A stretch of DNA of 64,000 bases. Source: an uncultured Gemmatimonadales bacterium (GTDB lineage Bacteria; Gemmatimonadota; Gemmatimonadetes; Gemmatimonadales; GWC2-71-9). The notes beneath the pieces were generated by a model, which was not told the origin of the DNA, searched no databases, and worked only from the letters and a program-made list of their open reading frames with translations. The DNA is taken from assembly GCA_963795085.1 (NCBI GenBank), contig CAWCFX010000001.1:736001-800000 (forward strand), read 5' to 3'. How positions within the stretch are numbered: the stretch's first letter is position 1; each line of letters begins with the position of its first letter. Both the position numbers and the translations under genes were made by a program. Below are positions 55,933 through 64,000 of the stretch, piece after piece.

Positions 55933-58893
55933 CTATGGCTGCTGCTCTCCAACCAGCCGGGCCAGTTCCTCCCGCACCCGGCGCACCTGGAGCTGGAGGC
56001 GCGGCTCCGGGTTCGCGCGCAGCCGGAGATAATGCTGGTACGCGCGGATAGCGCCGGCCCGGTCGCCGATGAGCGAGGCCAGGCGGCCCTCCTCGCGCAG
56101 CAGCGTGGCCAGCAGCCAGGTATTGTTCCAGTGATAGGGCCGGCTCCGGATCGTGCGCAGCGCGCCGGGCACGTCTCCGGACTGTTCCCTGAGCCGGGCC
56201 AGCATGAGCTGAAGCAGGGGATCGCCGCTGCCCGCGCCGGCCTGCCGGGCTTCCAGCCGCTGGAGGTAGCCGGCGGCGTCCGCCTTTCCCTCGCGAACCG
56301 CCAGGGCGGCGCGGATCGTGGTGGCGCAGGCCTTGAACCCCTCCTCCCAGTCGGCTTGATCCGGGGGCACAATGGGCCGCTCCAGTCGCGCCGCCATGCC
56401 TTCGACGCCCGTGGTGTCTCCGCGGGAGAGCCGCCAGGCCGCGACCGCGCAGGTCAGTGAATACTGGCCCAGCCTGGCCTCGGTGGAGGCGGGCGTCGGC
56501 CCCAGCACGACCTGGGTGGCCGCGACCACGCTGGCCTGGGCCGCCAGGGTGTCGCCATCGCCGAAGATGGCGTCAAAGATGGGACCCAGGTGGCCCATGA
56601 AGGGGTCATGCTGGCGCAGCAGGTCGTAGTACGGAAGGACGGCGGTGGGCCGGCCCAGGTTGAGGAGCAGGTCGTTCTGCCGGTAGGCGGCTTCCATTCG
56701 CTGGTCCCGGGTCGCCGCCGCCGCCTCCACCGCCGCGGTGGCGGCCTCGGCGTCCGCCAGTTGAATGCCGTCAATGATCGCTGTCCCCGCGATGCGCACC
56801 AGACTGTGGTCGTTCATGTCGGGAAACCGAGCCCGGACGCGCCCCAGCGCCGCGGAGTCGTGAAGGGCGGCCGCGACCCGCCAGCGCATGAAATCGGCGA
56901 GGTCGCCGGTCGAATCAATCTGGAAATAGCGTCCCGCCAGCCGGCGGACCTGGGCGGTGTCCCCCGCCACGGCGTGTATCTCGATGAGGTGCTCGATCGG
57001 GGCGGCGAAGGTGGAGTCCAGCGCCGCCGCTTTCCGGAACGCCGACTCGGCCCGTCCCATCTGGTCCTCGGGGCCGAGGCCGAGTTCCCCGCCGGCATGG
57101 AAGTAAGAATCGCCCAGGTCATACCAGCCTTCGGCCGACTCCGGCGCCAGCGTCACCAGCCGCTGGGCCGCCTCGGTCCAGGCGCTCTGGGGGAGACGCT
57201 CGGGATAGCCGGCCATGGCTTGCTTCATGTCCAAAAAGGCGGCGTCCCGGGTCGAAAGCCGAAAGCGTAGCCGCTCTCCAAGGGCCAGCGCGCTGTCGCG
57301 CAGGTCCGTCTCGCCGAGCCAGTTCGCCGAACTGGCCAGCCCGATCGCGGCCAGCGCGAATCCACTATCCTGCTCCACCGCGCGCCGGAAATCCTGGAGG
57401 GCCCGGTTGTACGCTCCGTGCCGGTAGGCGGCCTGCCCGGCCAGGTAGGAGCGCAGCGCGGGGAGCGAGGTACTGGTCAGCTTCTCGAGCTGGTGCCCGG
57501 AGACTCCCGCGCTGCCCGCGAGCAGTTGCGCGGCGAGCCGGTCCACCAGGGGCACCAGGCTGTCGGGGGCGCCGGTGATCTCGCCGCGGCTTTCTTCCCG
57601 GCCGCTCCGCACGTCCACGATGGAACCGCTGAGCGTCAGCCGGTTCGGCGTACCCACGATGCTGCCGGTCAGCAGCTTCCCGGCCCCGAGTCCACGGGCC
57701 ACCTCGATGGCCTGTTCCCGGGGCAGGTTCCCCCCGCCGGCCCGCTTCCAGGCGCTCACCGAGGACTGCGGGTCGGTCGCCCGGGGCCCGCCTTCCCCCG
57801 TCAGTTTCGCCGCGAGGAGGTCCACCATGCCCTCGCCGTAGCTCGCATCGGCCCCGCTGACCCGGAACGGGAACACGGCGACCACGCCGCTATCCAGGGT
57901 GGAGGCCGCACCGCGGCCGCGCCACCAGAGCCATCCCGCAATGCCGAGCACCACCAGCACCACCGCGCCGACCGCCAGGGCGCGGGAGCGCAGGGGCCGG
58001 CCCGGCGGGGGCAGGGCGGCCGTCCCGGCTGATGGTGTCGCGCTTCGGTCGAGCTCCTGGCGCAGCTCGGCTGCGCTTTGCCACCGGTCGGCCGGCGATT
58101 TCGCCAGGCAGCGCATCACCAGCGCGGCCAGGATGGGCGGCACCGAGGCGCGGCGCTGGGACACCGGTTCCGGGGTCCTGGTCACCTGCGCGGCGAGCAC
58201 CTGCTGGGCCGTGGTGCCGATGAAGACCGGCCCGCCGGTCAGCATTTCATACGCCATGGCTCCCACGGCATAGATGTCGGCCCGGTGGTCCACGTGGGGA
58301 TCGGCGGCCGCCTGTTCCGGCGCCATGTAGGCCGGCGTACCCAGCGCGAGCCCGGCCGAGGTCAGCGCCGAGGAGCCGGCCGATTCGCTGAGCGCCTTGG
58401 CGACCCCGAAATCGGTGACCATGGCATGCTGGCCCGACACCAGGACATTGTCGGGCTTGATGTCGCGGTGCACGACACCGTGCGTATGGGCGTATTCGAG
58501 AGCGTCGAGCACGTCGTGGAGAATCTGAAGCACGACAGGCACCGGCAGCTCGCCCTCCCGCTCAAGGCGGGCCCGCAGCGATTCCCCCTCCACGTACGGC
58601 ATCGTGTAGTAGAGCAGGGGAGCATCGCCGGTCCCCGCCTGGCCGGCGGCAAGCAGCGGCACGATGTGGGGGTGCTGCAGGGGGGCGGCGACCTTGATCT
58701 CCCGGCGGAAGCGGTCCACGCTGAACCCGGCGCCCAGGTCGGGGGGCAGCACCTTGATGACCACCTTGCGGCCCAGCGCCAGCTCCTCGGCGAGGAAAAC
58801 GCGACTCATGCCGCCGCCGCCCAGTTCCCGCTCGATGGCGTAAGCCGCGCCGAGGGCGGCGGTGAGGCGGGCCTCCAGGTCGTCCGGTCTCAC
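55933..58893 (-). CDS. Ser/Thr protein kinase - TM - TolB-N-like - TPR
   Basis: GGGGMSRVF, VVIK, HRDIKPDN, DFG, YMAPE; TM; VAVFPF. Confidence 0.92.
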   Translation of the reverse strand: MRPDDLEARLTAALGAAYAIERELGGGGMSRVFLAEELALGRKVVIKVLPPDLGAGFSVDRFRREIKVAAPLQHPHIVPLLAAGQAGTGDAPLLYYTMPYVEGESLRARLEREGELPVPVVLQILHDVLDALEYAHTHGVVHRDIKPDNVLVSGQHAMVTDFGVAKALSESAGSSALTSAGLALGTPAYMAPEQAAADPHVDHRADIYAVGAMAYEMLTGGPVFIGTTAQQVLAAQVTRTPEPVSQRRASVPPILAALVMRCLAKSPADRWQSAAELRQELDRSATPSAGTAALPPPGRPLRSRALAVGAVVLVVLGIAGWLWWRGRGAASTLDSGVVAVFPFRVSGADASYGEGMVDLLAAKLTGEGGPRATDPQSSVSAWKRAGGGNLPREQAIEVARGLGAGKLLTGSIVGTPNRLTLSGSIVDVRSGREESRGEITGAPDSLVPLVDRLAAQLLAGSAGVSGHQLEKLTSTSLPALRSYLAGQAAYRHGAYNRALQDFRRAVEQDSGFALAAIGLASSANWLGETDLRDSALALGERLRFRLSTRDAAFLDMKQAMAGYPERLPQSAWTEAAQRLVTLAPESAEGWYDLGDSYFHAGGELGLGPEDQMGRAESAFRKAAALDSTFAAPIEHLIEIHAVAGDTAQVRRLAGRYFQIDSTGDLADFMRWRVAAALHDSAALGRVRARFPDMNDHSLVRIAGTAIIDGIQLADAEAATAAVEAAAATRDQRMEAAYRQNDLLLNLGRPTAVLPYYDLLRQHDPFMGHLGPIFDAIFGDGDTLAAQASVVAATQVVLGPTPASTEARLGQYSLTCAVAAWRLSRGDTTGVEGMAARLERPIVPPDQADWEEGFKACATTIRAALAVREGKADAAGYLQRLEARQAGAGSGDPLLQLMLARLREQSGDVPGALRTIRSRPYHWNNTWLLATLLREEGRLASLIGDRAGAIRAYQHYLRLRANPEPRLQLQVRRVREELARLVGEQQP

Positions 58894-61703
58894 GGCTCCT
58901 CCGTCAGCGCCGCGAGGCGGGCGCGGGCTTCCCTCACCCGGGGCTGCACATCCCGGTCGCCGTTCTTCCAGAGGTCAATGAACCGGCCATAGAACTCGCG
59001 GGCCTGCTCCCGGTCTCCCCGCTGCTCGTGCAGCTCGGCGAGGCGGAGGAGCGCGGGGGGGAGGACCAGCCCGTCGGTGTAAGCCCGGTTGGCGTGAGGC
59101 ATTTCCATGTAGGCGCGATACGCCCCGATCGCGGAGTCCGTCTGGCCGGCCCGGTCCCAGATCCAGGCGCGCTCTATTGTCTGGCAGGTGGGACAGAAGG
59201 GATCCCGGATCCGGGCGTTGTGGGCCAGGGCGGCGTCGAACCGCCGCTCCTGCATGGCGATCAGGGCCAGCACCGATTGATAGAACGCACCCTCCCGCCG
59301 TTGGAGATCGCGGGGAATCCGTTCGAACCCGCTGAGTTGAAGCCGGGCCTTGGTGACTTCGCCGGCCAGGGCGTACAGGAACCCGGCCTCGAGATAGGGG
59401 CGATCCAGGATATCCACGCTGTCGGGCGGCTGCTCCCGGAGCGCGCCATCCATCAGGGCGACCGCCCGTTCCGGGTGGCCCGTCGACACCAGGCCCATCG
59501 CCTCGTTGAAAATCTGGTCGTACCACGATTCGAGGTCGTCTAGCGCCAGCGCTTCGCGGCGGGCCGCCTGGAATTGTCGCTGGCTCAGGGCCAGGGCCCC
59601 GCGCTGGAACGCGAGGGTACCGGCGGCTTCAGCGGTGTTCAGGCGGGACCGCGCGTTATCCCGGTATTGGACAGCCATGGCGGTGACGACGCTCTCCGCC
59701 GCCAGGTGGCCGTGGAGGGCATATTGGGTCTGGACATCCTGCCAATCCATCGATTCGACGTTCCTGAAGCGGACCCGGATTCCCCGGAGCAGGCTGTCCG
59801 CGGCGGCCGCCCGCCCCTGGTTGATCAGCACCTCCGACAGGTTTCCGAAGGCGGAGAACCGGAGTGTATCAATGGCGAGAGCACGCCGGAGCAGGGAATC
59901 CGCCGCCGGATACCGGCCGTGCCGCGTATGAATCAGCGCCAGGTTATTCATGGCGCGCCAGTCGAGGGAGTCGGTCTCGAGGATGCCCCGGTAGGCGGCG
60001 GCGGCGCGGTCGTCCTCGAAGGTGACTGCGCTGTAGAACGAAGCCTCCGTCCAGAGCCGCTCCTGGCCCGAGAGCCGCTGGCGGTGCCGGAATGCCTCGG
60101 TCAGGGCGGCGACCGCCTCGGGCCGGCGGCCTTCGTTGGACCAGGTGATGCCGATTTTCCGCCAGGCCATCGCGAACCCCGAGTCGAGCGCGACGGCTTC
60201 CTCGAGCAAGGTCAACCCCCGCGGCAGGTCGCGCGCGATATCAATCGCGCTCAGCCCCAGCGAGTATTTCCGGAGCGCTTCCAGCGATCCGGTGGTGACC
60301 CGCTCGAGCGGGGGTGTGGCCGCGATGCTGCGGAGCGACTCGCCGATCTTCCGGCGCAGATCCCGGCTCAACCGCCCGAGTGCCTCGAGCAGATGGTCCG
60401 CGCTGGCGGCGTTCTGCCGGACCGCCACCAGTTCCCCCGGCTCGCCCGGCGCGATGACCCGGGCCGTGAGCAGGTACCCTGTCCCGACCGGACTGACCTC
60501 GGCGATCACCACCGCCTTGATGCCTTCCCGCTGGGCGATCTCCCGGCTCAGGGCTTCGTCGAGCACGGTGCCGGCCGGCTGCCGGGCCCGGGACAACGCG
60601 GCCTGGATCTCCTGGTCACTCACCATTCGGAGGACGTCCGACTGGGTGAGATCCACCCGGAGCGCCTGGGTGAGGGCGATCCCGAGGGTGGGGTCGGTGG
60701 TCTGGTTCAGCACGGCGGCCACCAGGATCCGGTCCTGATCTTTGAACAGCCCGCGCGAAACCAGGGAGCGGCGGGGCCAGAACCCGGTGGCTACCGATGT
60801 CACCAGCAGTAGCAACAGGAGGGCCCCGGTGGTGATCATGCGCCGTCGCAGGCGCGAAGAGGTGGCCGCCGGTCCCAGTGCCTCGAGCGTGGTGCGCACG
60901 GCGAAGGCAGTCGGCCGGCGGGCGGGATCCTTGGCCAGGCAGAACATGACGAGCTGGGAGAGCTGGTGCGGGGTGGACGGCTTGACTCGCTCGAGCGGAG
61001 TCGGCGTTTCCGCGATATGGGCCGCGATCAGCCCCTGCGGCGTTGGCCGGGTGAAGACGGGGCTGCCCGCCAGCATCTCGTAACCCACGGCGCCGAGGGC
61101 ATAGAGGTCGGCCCGCTGGTCGAGCCGGGTGTCCCCGGCGGCCTGCTCCGGCGCCATGTAGGCCGGGGTCCCGATCACCATCCCCTCGGTAGTGGCCTGT
61201 GGCGCGGCGTCATGCCGGGCCGTGGCCAACGCCTTGGCGATTCCGAAATCGGTGACCACCGCGTGGTTACCGGAGAGCAGGATGTTCTCGGGCTTGATGT
61301 CCCGGTGCACGACGCCCTTGCTGTGAGCGTGTTCCAGCGCGTCGGCCACGTCGCGCAGCAGCCGGGCGGCCTGCCCCGGCGCCATCGCCCCCTCCCGCTC
61401 GAGCAGGGCCCGCAGGCTCTGCCCCTCGACGTGCGGCATGCTGTACCAGAGCACGCCACCGGCCTCTCCGCTGGCGAGGACCGGGACGATGTGGGGGTGC
61501 TGGAGTGAGGCGGCGAGCTGGATTTCGCGGCGGAAGCGCTCGGCGCTGACCGCCGCGGCGATCTCGGGTGGAAGCGCCTTGATGACGACCTTGCGGCCCA
61601 ACGCGCGTTCCTCCGCCAGGAACACCCGGCTCATGCCTCCGCCGCCGAGTTCCCGCTCGACGAGGTAGGCCTCCCCCAGGGCCGAGCGAAGGTGCTCAAT
61701 CAA
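58890..61703 (-). CDS. Ser/Thr protein kinase - TM - TolB-N-like - TPR
   Basis: GGGGMSRVF, HRDIKPEN, DFG, YMAPE; TTGSLEALRKY; GTGA overlap with the next kinase. Confidence 0.92.
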   Translation of the reverse strand: MIEHLRSALGEAYLVERELGGGGMSRVFLAEERALGRKVVIKALPPEIAAAVSAERFRREIQLAASLQHPHIVPVLASGEAGGVLWYSMPHVEGQSLRALLEREGAMAPGQAARLLRDVADALEHAHSKGVVHRDIKPENILLSGNHAVVTDFGIAKALATARHDAAPQATTEGMVIGTPAYMAPEQAAGDTRLDQRADLYALGAVGYEMLAGSPVFTRPTPQGLIAAHIAETPTPLERVKPSTPHQLSQLVMFCLAKDPARRPTAFAVRTTLEALGPAATSSRLRRRMITTGALLLLLLVTSVATGFWPRRSLVSRGLFKDQDRILVAAVLNQTTDPTLGIALTQALRVDLTQSDVLRMVSDQEIQAALSRARQPAGTVLDEALSREIAQREGIKAVVIAEVSPVGTGYLLTARVIAPGEPGELVAVRQNAASADHLLEALGRLSRDLRRKIGESLRSIAATPPLERVTTGSLEALRKYSLGLSAIDIARDLPRGLTLLEEAVALDSGFAMAWRKIGITWSNEGRRPEAVAALTEAFRHRQRLSGQERLWTEASFYSAVTFEDDRAAAAYRGILETDSLDWRAMNNLALIHTRHGRYPAADSLLRRALAIDTLRFSAFGNLSEVLINQGRAAAADSLLRGIRVRFRNVESMDWQDVQTQYALHGHLAAESVVTAMAVQYRDNARSRLNTAEAAGTLAFQRGALALSQRQFQAARREALALDDLESWYDQIFNEAMGLVSTGHPERAVALMDGALREQPPDSVDILDRPYLEAGFLYALAGEVTKARLQLSGFERIPRDLQRREGAFYQSVLALIAMQERRFDAALAHNARIRDPFCPTCQTIERAWIWDRAGQTDSAIGAYRAYMEMPHANRAYTDGLVLPPALLRLAELHEQRGDREQAREFYGRFIDLWKNGDRDVQPRVREARARLAALTEEP

Positions 61704-61751
61704 GAGCGTTCAGCTTTCAATCCAGTCTGCGGTGGAAGCGGCGGCCTGAAA

Positions 61752-62141
61752 TCATGTTCCCGGCAGGGTCACGGAACAGGTGGTGAGAAATCCCCCGCGG
61801 ACGTTGTACACGGTGGAGACCGTGAGCCGGGACGGCTCCAGCACCCGGTAGAGATCCTCGGCGATCCGCGCCGTGACGTGCTCCTGGAAGATGCCGACAT
61901 TGCGGTAGCTGGTCACGTAGTACTTGAGGCTCTTGAGTTCGATGCAGCGGTTACCCGGCACGTACGTGATGGTCAGGCGGGCGTAGTCGGGGAGCCCGCT
62001 GTAGGGGCACACGGCGCTGAACTCGCTGGTCTCGGTGACAATTTCCTGTGCCGGCCCCGAATATCCGAAGGTCTCCAGGACCCCGATGTCGATGGCCTCG
62101 GGGCCCACAAATGGGAGAGTCCTTCCTTCTGCGATCGCCAT
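61752..62141 (-). CDS. queF: NADPH-dependent preQ0 reductase, type I
   Basis: EFSAVCPYSGLPD, IELKSLKYY..SYRN.GIFQE, NVRGG. Confidence 0.93.
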   Translation of the reverse strand: MAIAEGRTLPFVGPEAIDIGVLETFGYSGPAQEIVTETSEFSAVCPYSGLPDYARLTITYVPGNRCIELKSLKYYVTSYRNVGIFQEHVTARIAEDLYRVLEPSRLTVSTVYNVRGGFLTTCSVTLPGT

Positions 62142-62261
62142 ATGCCGTTCCTGGGAAGTTGCTGGAATCTAGAAGGGTCCCGCAGGCGGGGGAATGTGCG
62201 GATGTCGTCTTCCCGCCGCCGTTTCCGATTGGGGAGTACCTCTTCCACCACTGGAGCCGCC

Positions 62262-63287
62262 ATGGGACGCCTTTTCCTGCGAGTGCTTGCCGCCGCTACC
62301 ATCCTTGCCGGGTGCCAGCCGGACCGGGATCCGGCTGGCCCGGAGCCGGCGGCCGGCGTGGCGGCCCTGGGGCCCTCCGGGGCCTACACCCGGGTGCGGC
62401 TGCCCCTGCAGGATGCCTGGGCCGTCAATGACCGGGGCACCATCGTCGGCTATGTGAAGGGTGTCGGCGCCTGGTGGTCCAATGGCCAGCGGCGGGTGCT
62501 GCCGTCGCCTGCGGCTCCCTATTCCAGCTACTACGCGGGCAATGTCAGCGAGGATGACCGGATGGTCGGCGCCAGCTACTACGCCGGGAAGTACCGGGCG
62601 CTCTACTGGGCCGCGCCAACCTTCGCCCCGATCGACCTGGGTCACCTGGGAAGCGGCAGCGCCCAGGCCCTGGATGTGAACAGCAGCGGAGTCGTGGTCG
62701 GGGTATCCCGGGCGCCCTATGCGGGCGACGAGTGGCATGCCGTGCGGTGGCAAAAAGGCGGTGCGCTGGTCGATATCCACCCGCCCGGCTACCTGACCAG
62801 CACCGCGCTGCGGATCAATGACAACGGCGTCATCGTCGGGTTTGCGGACATGGCGACGCCGGGATATCACCGCGACGCGATCCGCTGGGAGCCGAACGGG
62901 ACCATCACCGTGATCCAGGCGACGACATCGGGCATCAGTTCCGGCGCCTATGGGCTCAACGCGATGGGCGACGCGTCGGGGCAGAACCCGAGCTTTGGGC
63001 CCACCATCTGGTTCAGCGACGGGACAACCCGGTTCTTTCCCAGCTCCCTGGGGGCGCAGTCGGCCCGGGGCGTGAACGGCAAGTACCGCATGGTGGGTTA
63101 CTACCAGGATCCCAACAACCAGATCAAGCCCTGGACGTCGGTCAAGGGCGTGGAGATGACCCTGCCGGTGGCCGCCAATGAGAGCGGTTCCGCGGCGGAC
63201 GTCAATGAATGCGGATGGATCGTGGGATGGTCCTACTTTGGTGCCACCATGACCGGGACCCTGTGGCAGCCGGCCGCCTGCGACTAG
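62262..63287 (+). CDS. Lipoprotein with HAF-like extracellular (beta-propeller) repeats
   Basis: Lipobox LAGC; repeated A..VN..G.(I/V)VG.....A..W units. Confidence 0.8.
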   Translation: MGRLFLRVLAAATILAGCQPDRDPAGPEPAAGVAALGPSGAYTRVRLPLQDAWAVNDRGTIVGYVKGVGAWWSNGQRRVLPSPAAPYSSYYAGNVSEDDRMVGASYYAGKYRALYWAAPTFAPIDLGHLGSGSAQALDVNSSGVVVGVSRAPYAGDEWHAVRWQKGGALVDIHPPGYLTSTALRINDNGVIVGFADMATPGYHRDAIRWEPNGTITVIQATTSGISSGAYGLNAMGDASGQNPSFGPTIWFSDGTTRFFPSSLGAQSARGVNGKYRMVGYYQDPNNQIKPWTSVKGVEMTLPVAANESGSAADVNECGWIVGWSYFGATMTGTLWQPAACD

Positions 63288-63353
63288 CGGGGGAGGCGCG
63301 CCTTGGCAACTAACAGCGGGCGGGCGCGTGGCGCCGGCCCGCTGCGGCTGGCG

Positions 63354-64000
63354 CTAGGGCACGAGCCCCTGCTCCAACCAGGTAAACTCGTCCTTGATCA
63401 CACCCTGCGCAACGGCGTAGGTCGCCACGTCGTCATTGTCGAAGATGTGGGCAAAGCGATCCTCCACACGGCGCCGAGCGTGGCGGGAGAACAGGTCCGC
63501 CAGCTGTACCGCGTTGGCGCCACCGTCGGCTGGCGGGCTCTTCTTCCCCTCCGCCATCTGGTGGGCCCGGCTGCACGCCGCCGCAATCGCCAGCAGTTCG
63601 GCGCCGATTTCCACCAGGCGGCCGAGCACCATTTGACGCTTCTCGAGCCGGGGCCCGAACCGGAGCATGCTGTGGAAGAGGGTGCGGGCCAGCCGGCGTG
63701 ACGTCCGGCTGACGAACCGCATGTGGGTGGCCAGGGAGCCAAACTCCCCGTAGCGGGGCCAGCGCCCCCAGCCCAGCCACAGCCGGGGATACCAGGTCGC
63801 GTAGAACGCGGCGGCCTTCACCAGCGGCCCGGCCAGCTTGCTGAGCGGGGTGGCCGGGTCGATCAGGGCGCCCGCTACTTTCATGTGAGTGTCCACCGCC
63901 TCCCGGGCGATGAAGAGCCGCATGATCTCGCTGGAGCCTTCGAAGATCAGGTTGATCCGGAAATCCCGCATCATCCGCTCGATCGGGTCGGGGGCCTCGC
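63354..64000 (-). CDS. Acyl-CoA dehydrogenase (C-terminal part, runs off window end)
   Basis: ERMMRDFRINLIFEGSSEIMRLFIARE, LEKRQMVLGRLVEI. Confidence 0.9.
   Translation of the reverse strand, partial: EAPDPIERMMRDFRINLIFEGSSEIMRLFIAREAVDTHMKVAGALIDPATPLSKLAGPLVKAAAFYATWYPRLWLGWGRWPRYGEFGSLATHMRFVSRTSRRLARTLFHSMLRFGPRLEKRQMVLGRLVEIGAELLAIAAACSRAHQMAEGKKSPPADGGANAVQLADLFSRHARRRVEDRFAHIFDNDDVATYAVAQGVIKDEFTWLEQGLVP

Noticed and set aside
37526..62141. queC/queE/queF as a 7-deazaguanine DNA-modification (dpd) island
   Set aside because: No dpdA/tgt-like or other dpd genes visible; genes are dispersed and look like ordinary queuosine synthesis.
62142..62261. preQ1 riboswitch upstream of queF
   Set aside because: No recognisable preQ1 aptamer or A-rich tail by eye; a covariance search would be needed to exclude it fully.

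Overview
High-GC bacterial chromosomal segment. The gene style (several Ser/Thr kinase-TM-TPR genes, LmbE-like secreted deacetylase, split PntA) suggests Gemmatimonadota, but this is inference. About 48 genes are densely packed: housekeeping metabolism (thrB-thrC, pntAB, acnA, gltA, speA, queC/E/F, infA, csp), transporters, peptidases and signalling genes. I found no rRNA, tRNA, CRISPR array, integrase or transposase. Best candidate for an undescribed system (30300-37449): a secreted Omp85/BamA-type barrel whose N-terminal passenger looks like an atypical HipA/PI3K/CotH-like kinase, next to two NTT/TLC (ATP/ADP translocase-like) transporters and a catalytically degenerate Mesh1/SpoT-type HD protein. 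This could be an ATP-export-fuelled extracytoplasmic kinase module. Other highlights: a dispersed family of 7-9 nt tandem-repeat hairpins with consistent polarity relative to stop and start codons; a GGDEF / ABATE-CGNR / pseudokinase-kinase operon; an in-frame ThrB-ThrC fusion not in the ORF track; a nearly T-free C/A tract after a sigma factor; a possible AUA start for speA; and a frameshifted M1 peptidase. All family calls come from motif recognition by eye, with no database searches.
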